Shown here: piece after piece, positions 11,964 to 20,660 of the stretch | Layout of the letters: every line of letters begins with the position of its first letter | How positions within the stretch are numbered: the stretch's first letter is position 1 | From: an uncultured Gemmatimonadales bacterium | GTDB taxonomy: Bacteria > Gemmatimonadota > Gemmatimonadetes > Gemmatimonadales > GWC2-71-9 | Length of the DNA stretch: 64,000 nucleotides | Assembly (NCBI GenBank): GCA_963815515.1 | Contig: CAWFGP010000003.1 | Coordinates: forward strand, 1,277,513-1,341,512 | Direction of reading: 5' to 3' | Program-made: the position numbers and the translations under genes | The notes under the pieces: model-generated | Seen by the model: the letters and a program-made list of their open reading frames with translations, nothing else | Told to the model about the DNA's origin: nothing | Databases searched by the model: none

Positions 11964-13490
11964 TCAGGCCGCGATGCTGGTCGTCGACCTCGCCGCGGGG
12001 CCGCTCAGCATCACGGTGCCCACGGAAAGGTCGGACGAATCGGGATAGGCGAGCGCCCCCATCTCCGGAATGTCGAGGCCCAGCTCTTCGATCTCGGCGG
12101 AGATGCGGTGGCCCTTGGTCACCAGCGAGGTGATCTGCCAGGCGATGACGGTGAGCACGCCGACGCCGACGATGTTGGCCACGCCGCCGACTACCTGCGC
12201 GAGGAATTGGGACGCGTCACCATAGAAGAGCCCGGTGACGGCGCCCTTCACGCCGTTGAACCCATCGCCGTACGTCCCGTCGGCCAGCAGGCCGAGCGAC
12301 AGGATGCCCCACAGGCCGTTGACGCCGTGCACCGAGATGGCGCCGACCGGATCGTCGAGCTTGAGCGTGCGCTCGACGAAGAACACCGACCAGCAGACCA
12401 GCGCGCCCGCCACCCCGCCGATCAGCACCGCCGACGGCGCCGTGACGAAGGCGCACGGCGCGGTGATGGCGACGAGGCCGGCAAGCGCCCCGTTCGCGAT
12501 CATCGAGGGATCGGGCTTGCCGTACTTGAGCCACATGTAGAGCATCGCGATGGCGCTGCCGGCCGCGCCGGCGAGCATCGTGTTGGTGGCGATGACGCCG
12601 ATGCGCAGGTCGCTCCCCGCCAGGGTCGAGCCGGCGTTGAAGCCGAACCAGCCGAACATGAGGATGAACGTGCCGATCATGGCCATCGGGATGTTGTGTC
12701 CCGGGATGGCGTTGGCCGAGCCGTCGGCGTTGTACTTGCCGCGCCGGGCGCCCAGCAACTTGCAGGTGACGAGCGCCATCACGCCGCCGGTCATGTGCAC
12801 CACCGAGCTGCCCGCGAAATCCACGTGGCCGTGCCCGAGGCCGAAGTTGTTGCCCAGCTGCGAGAGCCAGCCACCGCCCCAGACCCAGTTGCCGTAGATG
12901 GGGTAGATCACGGCTCCCACGAACAGGCTGAAGACGCAGAACGCGGAGAACTTCCAGCGCTCGGCCAGTGCGCCCGTGGGGATCGTCGCCGCCGTGTCCA
13001 TGAACACCATCTGGAACAGGAAGTAGGCGAAGACCGGCGCGGTGTAGGCCACGCCCGTGAGGAAGAAGCCCTGGGTCCCGAACAGGCCGAAGGACTTCCC
13101 GAACAGGGTGACCACGAACTCCTGGTTCAACTGATCGTAGCCGCCGAGGGTGCCGAGCGCCCCGACCCCGCCCGCCTGGAGGGCGAAGCCCACTGCCCAG
13201 TAGGCCAGCATTCCGATCCCGTACACCATGAAGTTCATCGTGATGGTATGGCTGGCATTCTTGGCCCGGGTGAATCCCGTCTCCACCATGGCGAAGCCGG
13301 CCTGCATGAACATCACGAGGAATCCCGCCACCAGGGTCCAGGCGAAATTGATAGCGACCGTATTGTCGGCGGCCGACTTGGCCACGTCCGCGAGGCTAGG
13401 CGTGGCTGGTGTTCCCTGCGCCAGCAGCGCGTGTGGCGCCAGGGCACAGAGGGCGACAAGTGCCGAGCCCCATCGGGCATGTCCTCGCAT
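11964..13490 (-). CDS. amtB: ammonium transporter
   Basis: Amt family: DFAGSSVVHMTGG, FGWFGFNAGS, multiple TM helices and an N-terminal signal peptide. Confidence 0.92.
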   Translation of the reverse strand: MRGHARWGSALVALCALAPHALLAQGTPATPSLADVAKSAADNTVAINFAWTLVAGFLVMFMQAGFAMVETGFTRAKNASHTITMNFMVYGIGMLAYWAVGFALQAGGVGALGTLGGYDQLNQEFVVTLFGKSFGLFGTQGFFLTGVAYTAPVFAYFLFQMVFMDTAATIPTGALAERWKFSAFCVFSLFVGAVIYPIYGNWVWGGGWLSQLGNNFGLGHGHVDFAGSSVVHMTGGVMALVTCKLLGARRGKYNADGSANAIPGHNIPMAMIGTFILMFGWFGFNAGSTLAGSDLRIGVIATNTMLAGAAGSAIAMLYMWLKYGKPDPSMIANGALAGLVAITAPCAFVTAPSAVLIGGVAGALVCWSVFFVERTLKLDDPVGAISVHGVNGLWGILSLGLLADGTYGDGFNGVKGAVTGLFYGDASQFLAQVVGGVANIVGVGVLTVIAWQITSLVTKGHRISAEIEELGLDIPEMGALAYPDSSDLSVGTVMLSGPAARSTTSIAA

Positions 13491-13570
13491 GACACACTTC
13501 CCGGGTTAGAGAGTGGGTGGCCTGATCGGCCGCGAGCGTCCGCCCGGACCAGAAGCAGCGCTCCCGGGTG

Positions 13571-13599
13571 AGTATGGAGGCACGGACAACCGCTGTCAA
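13571..13599 (-). promoter_or_regulatory. candidate sigma70-type promoter for amtB-PII-glnA
   Basis: On the minus strand, TTGACA (13599-13594), a 17 nt spacer, then CATACT (13576-13571), about 80 nt upstream of the amtB start. It lies in a locally AT-richer region with repeated CTTGACAG and ATTATGCA motifs. Confidence 0.3.
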
Positions 13600-14024
13600 G
13601 CATTTCTTGCATAATCGGCCAAAATGTCAGCGCAAGAATGCGAGAATCGCGCAGAAAGGCTGTCAAGTCGAGATGAGAAGTGCATAATGTGCGTTGATTG
13701 TGAGACACCTGGGGTCATGGAAGACCGGGTCCGCAAGCAGCCTGCGGCGGGCGGCGGGCGGCGGGTGACTTCCCGCCGCCGGGGTTAGCCTATACTGTCC
13801 GAATCGACCGTCCGAACTCGCCCGTCGCTCCCGGAGGTCCGCTGCCCCTGCTCGTCTGTTCGTCTTGTCGCGGCCCGCTGCCCGACGGCAGCACCCATTG
13901 CCCGCGCTGCGGGCCGGGCAGTCTGGCGCTGCTCGGGCCCGATCACGCGCCGGCCGTAGACCGGCCGCCGGAGCCGGACCGGAGCCACACCCTCGCCCGC
14001 GCCCTTGGCCGGCAGTACCGGGTC

Positions 14025-15602
14025 ATGCGGCTCCTGGGCCGCGGCGGATTCGCCGAGGTGTACGAGGTCCGGGACGAGGATCTCCAGCGGCGGCTCGCGG
14101 TCAAGGTGCTCCGGTCGGATATCCCCTGGAGCGCGGCCACGCTCGCGCGGTTCAAGCAGGAGGGGCGGGCGATCGCGCGGCTGAGCCATCCCAACACCCT
14201 CGCGATCCATTTCGTCGGCGAGGCCGAGGGGCTGGTCTTCTACGTCATGCCGTTCTGCGAGGGGCGGACCCTGTCCGAGGTGCTGCGGGCGGACGGGGCG
14301 CTCTCGGTGGCCCGGGCTCTCGCAATCGCCGAGCCCATTCTCGAGACGTTGCAGCACGCGCACGAGAACGGGCTGGTGCACCGGGACGTGAAGCCCGACA
14401 ACATTCTCATCGAGGCCGGAACCGGCCGGCCGCTGCTGGTCGACTTCGGCATCGTCAAGTCGCTGGACGGCGGGGCCGGCCACACCCAGACCGGTTTCAT
14501 CGTCGGCACGCCGCTCTACATGAGCCCCGAACAGGCCCTCGGCCGGGCGGACGTGGACGCTCGCGCCGACATCTACGGCATGGGCGTCGTGCTCTTCCAG
14601 ATGCTCACCGGGGCCCCGCCGTTCGAAGGCGAGGACTCGCAGGAGATCGTCACCCGCCACCTGCACGAACCGGTGCCCGTCGCCACGCTCTCCCGCGACC
14701 GCGTCCCCGGCTGGCTCTCGGCGGCGATCGTCCGCTGCCTCGCCAAGCATCCCGACGACCGGTATGCCAGCGCCCGCGCGGTGCTCGAGGCGCTGCGCGA
14801 GGGGCGGGCGTCGGGCGGTGCACTCCCGGACGCGGCCCCGCCGAGCGGCGAGGCCAGGCCGGCCCGCTCGGAAGACGAGACGCCCACCGCGGCGATGCCG
14901 CGGGCGCGGCCGCGCCGTCCGGCGGGGCGCCGCCGCACGCTGGTGGCGCTCGGGCTGGTGGCGGCGGCCACCGCGCTCTGGGCCTCGGTCCGGCCGCACG
15001 CATCGCTGGTGGTGCACAACCGGCTCACCGAGTCCATCGCTGTCACGTTGGAGGACACCGGGTTCACCGTCGCCGCGGGCGACAGCGCGCGCCTGCCGCT
15101 CCGTGCGCGGGCGCCGCTCGAAGCGCACTGGGCCATGGTCCGGCCAGTCGCACCCGAGGGACGCATGCTGGGCGGCGAGGTCGAGGGAAGCTTCATCAGC
15201 GACAATGTGCGCGGCGAGGTGCGCGAGATCGTCGGCGCGGGTACTGACGGTCGCGCGCGGTTCTCGCCCCTAGTGGTGAACGCCACGTCGCGTCGCCTGC
15301 ATGTGACCGTCGTCAGTGGGCGCGATACCTCGGACTGCGGCTGTACGATTCCCCCGGGCGACTCGCTCCGGATGGGCTACTACCCGCTGGTGCCCGGGAG
15401 CGGCGTGCGGGTGCACGACCCCGCCCGCGCCGCGGGACGGTTCGACGCCATGTTGACCGGCGTGGACTCCGTCAGCGGCGCAGTGGTGTTCCGGGTGACG
15501 CCCAGTACCCTTATCGCGCCGCCACCCGTGCCGCGTGCCGAGTCACGCGCGCCCGCGACCGCGCCATCGAACCCCCTCAAAGCCTTTCTCCCAGTCCGCT
15601 GA
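14025..15602 (+). CDS. Ser/Thr protein kinase with one TM helix and a C-terminal DCGC ectodomain; true start probably upstream
   Basis: Hanks motifs LGRGGFAEVY, AVKVL, HRDVKPDNIL, DFG, GTPLYMSPE. TM helix LVALGLVAAATALWA. The in-frame upstream sequence encodes a zinc ribbon (CSSC..CPRCG) but has no ATG/GTG/TTG. Confidence 0.85.
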   Translation: MRLLGRGGFAEVYEVRDEDLQRRLAVKVLRSDIPWSAATLARFKQEGRAIARLSHPNTLAIHFVGEAEGLVFYVMPFCEGRTLSEVLRADGALSVARALAIAEPILETLQHAHENGLVHRDVKPDNILIEAGTGRPLLVDFGIVKSLDGGAGHTQTGFIVGTPLYMSPEQALGRADVDARADIYGMGVVLFQMLTGAPPFEGEDSQEIVTRHLHEPVPVATLSRDRVPGWLSAAIVRCLAKHPDDRYASARAVLEALREGRASGGALPDAAPPSGEARPARSEDETPTAAMPRARPRRPAGRRRTLVALGLVAAATALWASVRPHASLVVHNRLTESIAVTLEDTGFTVAAGDSARLPLRARAPLEAHWAMVRPVAPEGRMLGGEVEGSFISDNVRGEVREIVGAGTDGRARFSPLVVNATSRRLHVTVVSGRDTSDCGCTIPPGDSLRMGYYPLVPGSGVRVHDPARAAGRFDAMLTGVDSVSGAVVFRVTPSTLIAPPPVPRAESRAPATAPSNPLKAFLPVR

Positions 15603-16294
15603 TGACGCTTCCCGATGGAGGATCCGGGTCGGCCCCGCGGGCCGGGGGTGTGCTTTCGCCCGACCCGCGCGCCGAGCCGTTCCGGTTTCCCTGGCTGGCG
15701 CTCGTGCTCGTGGCACTGCTGCTCGCGGCGGCGGCGGCGGGTGTGGTGCTCCTGCTTCGGCCGCGCCTGGCGTTCACCAACGGGCTGGCGGGACCGGTCC
15801 GCGTGGTCGTGGGGGAAGGCACCCCGCGGACGGTGGCTCCGGGAGCGCGCGTGCGGATCGGCGTCGCGCGAGGGCAGACGATGGTGGCGCAATGGGAGCT
15901 GGTCCGGCCGCTCTCCGCCGACGGCCGGCCGATGGGTGAGGACGTACGGGGATCGGCCGTGCTGCGCGGGCCCTCGGGGACCATGAACATCGCCGCCACC
16001 AGCCGGACAGCGGACCAGGCCTATTTCGCGCCGCTCGTCACCAACGCCTCCGCCCAGACGCTCCGCGTCGTGGTCAACGCGGGACTGCAGAGCGCGACGG
16101 ACTGCGGGTGCGCCGTGCGTCCCGGCGCGCGGCGCGTCTTCATCGGATACTACCCGCTGTACCAGAACAGCACGGTACTTGTGCGCGCGCCGGGTGGGGC
16201 GACGGCGGAGTTCCGCGATCTGGGGCCGCAGGTGACGAGCAAGGATGGGACGGTGGGGCTGCGGTTCGAGGACAAGGACCTGCGGGCTCGCTGA
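15602..16294 (+). CDS. membrane-anchored protein, paralog of the kinase ectodomain (DCGC domain), unknown function
   Basis: ATG overlaps the kinase stop (TGATG). One TM helix (LALVLVALLLAAAAAGVVLLL). Blocks shared with kinase residues ~322-520: W.(M/L)VRP..(E/D)GR.(M/L)G, F.PLV.NA, DCGC..PG, GYYPL. Confidence 0.7.
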   Translation: MTLPDGGSGSAPRAGGVLSPDPRAEPFRFPWLALVLVALLLAAAAAGVVLLLRPRLAFTNGLAGPVRVVVGEGTPRTVAPGARVRIGVARGQTMVAQWELVRPLSADGRPMGEDVRGSAVLRGPSGTMNIAATSRTADQAYFAPLVTNASAQTLRVVVNAGLQSATDCGCAVRPGARRVFIGYYPLYQNSTVLVRAPGGATAEFRDLGPQVTSKDGTVGLRFEDKDLRAR

Positions 16295-16317
16295 CGGCCG
16301 GTCTGCTGAGGGCGACG

Positions 16318-17517
16318 CTACTCCGGCTCGCGCGGGCGGCGCTTCGAGCCGAGCGCGCTGCCGGGCGTCACCGCGGCAAATCCGAATTTTTCGCGCAGCT
16401 GATCCACGGCGACCGAGAGATCGCGCAGCCGGCGCCGCTCGGGCGGCTCGAACAGGTCCGCCTCGGCGGCGACACCCAGGTTGGTGGCCGAGATGCCGAT
16501 GAGCCGGACGCCGCGGTCCCGGCCGCGCACGTCGGCGAAGGCCGCCCGGAACAGGTCGCGCGCGGCGGCGTAGAGCTCGGCGTCGAGGTCGGTGGCGATC
16601 TCGAGCGTGTGCCGCCGGCTGACCGTGAAGAAATCGTCGTGGCGCAGCTTGAGCGTCACCGTGCGGGCCACGAGATGCTCGTCCCGAAGCTGGCCCGCCA
16701 CCCGCGCGGTCAGGAGCGAGAGGGTCGCCTCGAGCGTGGCGGGGTCGCGCAGATCGCGCGAGAGCGTGGTCTCACGGCTCACCGACCGCGGCAGCCGGCC
16801 ACCCCGGAGCGTCGTGCCGCCGTAGCCGTTCACCCGGCGCTTGAGCGCCCGTGCCTCGGGGCCGATCAGGCGCTCGAGCGCCGGCTCCTCCATCCGCTGT
16901 ACCTGCCAGACGTCCGTCAACCCCAGCTCCACCCATCGCGCCGCCGTCTTGGGCCCTACGCCCGGCATCGCCTTGAGCGGCAGGCCGGCGAGGAAGCCCT
17001 CTTCCCAGCCGGCGCGCACCTCCATCAGGCCGCGCGGCTTGGCCGCATCCGACGCCAGCTTCGCGATCATCCGGTTGGGGCCGATGCCGATGCTGCAGTC
17101 GAGCCCGGTGTCGCGCCGCACCTCGTCCCGCACCTGTTCCGCGACGGGCAGGAGCGACACCGGGTGGAGTCGCTCCATCCCGCCAAAATCGAGATAGGCC
17201 TCGTCCAGGCTGGCCATCACCACGGTGGGACTGAAGCGCTCGAGCACCGCGCGGACGGCCCGGGAGGCTTCGCCGTACGCGGAGAAGGCGCCTTGGAAGA
17301 AGGTGGCTTGCGGGCAGAGCCGGACGGCCTGGCCGATCGGCATGCCCGCGTGAATGCCGTAGCGGCGGGCGCCGTAGGAAGCGGACTGGACCACGCCGCG
17401 CTGATCCCGTCGCCCGCCTACGACCAGCAGCTCGACATCCCGGAGCTCGGGATGCCGCTGCCGGCACACCTCGACGAAAAACGCGTCGAGGTCGACGTGG
17501 AGGATGCGGGCGCTCAT
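16318..17517 (-). CDS. dinB: DNA polymerase IV (Y-family)
   Basis: MSARILHVDLDAFFVEVCRQRHPEL..VVGG..RGVVQSASYGARRYGIHAGMP. Start taken at MSARIL. Confidence 0.9.
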   Translation of the reverse strand: MSARILHVDLDAFFVEVCRQRHPELRDVELLVVGGRRDQRGVVQSASYGARRYGIHAGMPIGQAVRLCPQATFFQGAFSAYGEASRAVRAVLERFSPTVVMASLDEAYLDFGGMERLHPVSLLPVAEQVRDEVRRDTGLDCSIGIGPNRMIAKLASDAAKPRGLMEVRAGWEEGFLAGLPLKAMPGVGPKTAARWVELGLTDVWQVQRMEEPALERLIGPEARALKRRVNGYGGTTLRGGRLPRSVSRETTLSRDLRDPATLEATLSLLTARVAGQLRDEHLVARTVTLKLRHDDFFTVSRRHTLEIATDLDAELYAAARDLFRAAFADVRGRDRGVRLIGISATNLGVAAEADLFEPPERRRLRDLSVAVDQLREKFGFAAVTPGSALGSKRRPREPE

Positions 17518-17695
17518 GCCTGAAATTAGTCCACTTCGGGGCCTCCTCGGCATGCAATGATCTGCACAGCTTGTGCGGGCCGGTCCGTTTGCGTTGTTTG
17601 AGTCTGGGAGTCGCCGGGCCGGCGACTGCCCCTCCCAAACACCCGCATCATCCGTTCCCCTGTTCCCTCGGGCCGTTCACCCAAGAGGAGATGCC

Positions 17696-19009
17696 ATGAG
17701 TCGTATGCGCACGCTGCTGCTGGCTGGCGCCGTGGTCGCTGTCGCCGCCTGTTCGGACGATGCCGTCCAGCCCGACGCCGGCTCCGCCGGGGCCGAGTTC
17801 TCTCTCCGGGGGCTGCGTGTCTCCAGTGGACCGGAGCAGGTGATGCCGGGGGAGGTCATCGTTAAGTTGAAGGCCGGGGTCGACGCGGCGACGGTGGGCA
17901 AGGCGCACGGCCTCGCGGTGAGTGGGCGGGGGTACCAGGATGCGTTCGTGGTGCTGAAGGGGGCGATGGGGGCGGAGCATGCGACGGCGGCGGCGCTGGG
18001 GAAGGATGGGCGGGTGGTGTACGCGGAGCCGAACTATCTGCGGCAGCCGACGGCGATCGACCCGAAGCTCTGGGCGTTCTTCAATCCCGGCGGCCTCAGT
18101 ATGAAGTTCACGAGCGGGAAGTCGAAGGGGCAGCCCCTTCCATCGTCGTACGCTTCCCTCTCGGATAAGGACGAGGACAACATTCAAGGCTACGTTGTGG
18201 GTGGGAGCGACGTGGTAATCGGCAGTATCGACACCGGCGTCGACCTGGACCATCCGGAGCTCGTCGGCCGGACGATCGCGGGCAAGGACTGGTACAACAA
18301 CGACAACGACCCGAGCGACGACCAGGGGCACGGCACTCACACGAGCGGGACCATGGCCGGCACGAACGTGGGCGTGGCGGGCGTGGCGGGGGCGGCATCG
18401 CACGTGAAGGTCTATGTCCAGAAGGTCTGCGGGCGCCGGGGCTGCCCGACAGCTGCGATCGTCAACGCGATCCGGGCCGCGGCGGACTACCCGGGTATGG
18501 TCGCCATGAATCTCAGCCTGGGCGGCGGCAGCGAGTCTCAGGCGGAGAAGGACGCCATCGCCTATGCCACCGGCAAGAACGTGCTGGTGATCGCCTCCGC
18601 GGGGAACGACGGGACCACCACGGTCTCCTGTCCCGCCTGCGACGTCAACGCCATCTCGGTCGCCGCCACGACCTGGCGGGATGAGCTCGCTTCGTACTCG
18701 AACTCGGGGCCCGGACTGGACATCTCCGCGCCGGGCGGCAACTGCTATTCCAATACAACGCCCGAGGGCTGCATCTACAGCGCGTATCTGAATGGCGGGT
18801 ACAGCTGGCTCCAGGGTACGTCGATGGCTGCTCCGCAGGTGACCGGCGCGGCTGGGACCGTGGCGTCGGTGACGGGTCTCCGCGGCAGCGCACTGCGGTC
18901 CCGCCTTCTCGGGACGACCGACAACATTGGCAGTGCCGCCTCCTTCGGGGCGGGTCGCCTGAACGTGTACCGTGCTGTGACGAACTCGTCATTGCCGTCC
19001 GGCCAATAG
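17696..19009 (+). CDS. subtilisin-like S8 serine protease, lipoprotein
   Basis: SD AAGAGGAG lies upstream. Lipobox LLLAGAVVAVAAC. Catalytic triad contexts GSIDTGVDLDHPEL, HGTHTSGT, GTSMAAPQVTG. Confidence 0.9.
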   Translation: MSRMRTLLLAGAVVAVAACSDDAVQPDAGSAGAEFSLRGLRVSSGPEQVMPGEVIVKLKAGVDAATVGKAHGLAVSGRGYQDAFVVLKGAMGAEHATAAALGKDGRVVYAEPNYLRQPTAIDPKLWAFFNPGGLSMKFTSGKSKGQPLPSSYASLSDKDEDNIQGYVVGGSDVVIGSIDTGVDLDHPELVGRTIAGKDWYNNDNDPSDDQGHGTHTSGTMAGTNVGVAGVAGAASHVKVYVQKVCGRRGCPTAAIVNAIRAAADYPGMVAMNLSLGGGSESQAEKDAIAYATGKNVLVIASAGNDGTTTVSCPACDVNAISVAATTWRDELASYSNSGPGLDISAPGGNCYSNTTPEGCIYSAYLNGGYSWLQGTSMAAPQVTGAAGTVASVTGLRGSALRSRLLGTTDNIGSAASFGAGRLNVYRAVTNSSLPSGQ

Positions 19010-19047
19010 AGCACGATCCGGATATCACATACGGCAGGTCCGGTGCT

Positions 19048-19088
19048 GCATGATCGGGGCACCAGCATGATCCGGGCACTAGCATGAA
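19048..19088. repeat. 17-bp tandem repeat, about 2.4 copies
   Basis: GCATGATCGGGGCACCA / GCATGATCCGGGCACTA / GCATGAA.., read directly from the sequence. Confidence 0.8.
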
Positions 19089-19091
19089 GTC

Positions 19092-19127
19092 GCGCGGCGG
19101 TCCTTCGGGCCGCCGCGCCGCTTTTTG
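19092..19127 (+). terminator. rho-independent terminator after the S8 protease gene
   Basis: GC-rich hairpin GCGCGGCGG-TCCTTCGGG-CCGCCGCGC followed by CGCTTTTT. Confidence 0.65.
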
Positions 19128-19247
19128 GGTCCGGTGCTCCGTTGTTCGCCCCTGAAGTGATCGACTGCCCCTCCCATCCCGCTCGTTGCTCGCTAGCTTT
19201 CCCCCGTCGCAGCTTCCCGCATTCGCCCCCGAAAGGACCTTCGCTCG

Positions 19248-20132
19248 ATGCACGTCGGCTTCCTCGGTCTCGGCGCCATCGGCACCCCGATGGCCGCCCA
19301 CCTGGCCCGGCGCGGCCCGCTCACGGTCTGGAACCGGACGGCGTCGCGCGCGGCCGAGTTCGCAGGCCGCCACGGCGCCACACTGGCGGGAACCCCGCGC
19401 GAGGCGGCGGCGGCCGAGGTGGTCATCACGTGCCTCGGCACTTCCGCGGATGTCGCCGGGTTGCTCGACGGACCGGATGGCCTCCTTGCGGGGCTTCGGG
19501 CAGGCGCGCTGTTCCTCGACTGCACCTCGGGCGACCCGGCCACCTCGCGGCGGATCGCCGAGCAGCTGGCCGCGCGGGGCGTGGCCTTCGCGGACGCGCC
19601 GGTGAGCGGCGGCACCAACGGCGCCGAGGCCGGCGCGCTCACGGTGATGGTGGGCGCCGACGCCGCCACGTTCGCGCGCGCCCGGCCCGTGCTCGAGGCC
19701 TTCGGGCGGCGAATCGAGCACGTGGGCCCGGTCGGCGCGGGCGACGCCCTCAAGGCGGTGAACAACGCGTTCCTGGCCCTCAACATCCTGGCGGCGGGCG
19801 AGGGCCTGGCGGCGCTCGTCAAGGCGGGCGTGGCGCCGCGCACGGCGCTCGAGGTGCTGAATGCGTCGAGCGGCCGCTCGTTCGTGAGCGAGGTGCTCGT
19901 CCCCGAGCGCGTCCTCACGGGCGCCTGGCCGCGCACCTTCCGCCTGGCGCTGCTCGACAAGGACGTGGGGATCGCGACCGACCTGCTGGCGCAGACGGGC
20001 GTGCCGGGGCCGGTGTTCGAGCTGGTCCACGCGCTCCTCGCCGCCGCCCGAGCCGAGCTGGGCGAGGCGGCCGACTACCTCGACCCCATTCGTCTCACCG
20101 AGCGGCAGGCCGCCGTGGAGATTCGCGGCTGA
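19248..20132 (+). CDS. NAD(P)-dependent beta-hydroxyacid dehydrogenase (3-hydroxyisobutyrate dehydrogenase family)
   Basis: MHVGFLGLGAIGTPMAAHLARRG (Rossmann motif), DAPVSGG, GAGDALKAVNN. Confidence 0.8.
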   Translation: MHVGFLGLGAIGTPMAAHLARRGPLTVWNRTASRAAEFAGRHGATLAGTPREAAAAEVVITCLGTSADVAGLLDGPDGLLAGLRAGALFLDCTSGDPATSRRIAEQLAARGVAFADAPVSGGTNGAEAGALTVMVGADAATFARARPVLEAFGRRIEHVGPVGAGDALKAVNNAFLALNILAAGEGLAALVKAGVAPRTALEVLNASSGRSFVSEVLVPERVLTGAWPRTFRLALLDKDVGIATDLLAQTGVPGPVFELVHALLAAARAELGEAADYLDPIRLTERQAAVEIRG

Positions 20133-20193
20133 TGCCCACTTGCCGCGCTGCGTCGCTGTCCTCAGTTTCCGTCGACCCGCACGGATTGAGCCG

Positions 20194-20652
20194 ATGAGCG
20201 ACTGGGGAATCACCACCAAGGTGCCCGCCGAAGTCGTATTGGTGGAAGGCCTCGTCCTCGCCGGCGACCTTCACCTGTACGCCCGGCCCACCTATCCGCC
20301 CGGGCCCGAGACGCCGCTGGAGATGCTCAACCGGACGGATGTCTTCTTCGCGCTCACGCTGAACGCGGGCGTCACCTTCATTCCCAAGTCGCAGGTGGTG
20401 GTGGTGACGTGCCGCGGCCAGTCGCGCACGACGGACCCCGACCGCCTCACCGCCGCGCGCCGGATCGAGCTGGAAGTGGTGACGCAGGCGGGCGGGGAGT
20501 TCCGGGGACAGGTCATGGCGGAGCTGCCGCCATCCCGTGGCCGGACCTTGGACTTCCTCAACGGCACCGATCCCTTCTTCGAGCTCGGCGCCGACGACGT
20601 CACCTGGTACTTCAACAAGTCGCGCATCAGGCTTGCGCGGCCCCTCGACTGA
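20194..20652 (+). CDS. hypothetical protein built from two internal repeats
   Basis: Repeat halves ..ETPLEMLNRTDVFFALTLNAGVTFIPKSQVVVV.. and ..GRTLDFLNGTDPFFELGADDVTWYFNKSRIRLA... No family recognised. It sits 9 nt upstream of the pilT-like gene. Confidence 0.55.
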   Translation: MSDWGITTKVPAEVVLVEGLVLAGDLHLYARPTYPPGPETPLEMLNRTDVFFALTLNAGVTFIPKSQVVVVTCRGQSRTTDPDRLTAARRIELEVVTQAGGEFRGQVMAELPPSRGRTLDFLNGTDPFFELGADDVTWYFNKSRIRLARPLD

Positions 20653-20660
20653 GACTCCCT

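Noticed and set aside
13608-13625. Possible sigma-54 promoter (TGGCCGattatGCA on the minus strand) upstream of amtB
   Set aside because: The GG to GC spacing is 8 nt rather than the 10 nt required by the TGGCAC-N5-TTGCW consensus.
19048-19088. Could the 17-bp tandem repeat be a CRISPR array?
   Set aside because: The repeats are directly adjacent with no spacers, there are only about 2.4 copies, the unit is too short, and there are no cas genes.
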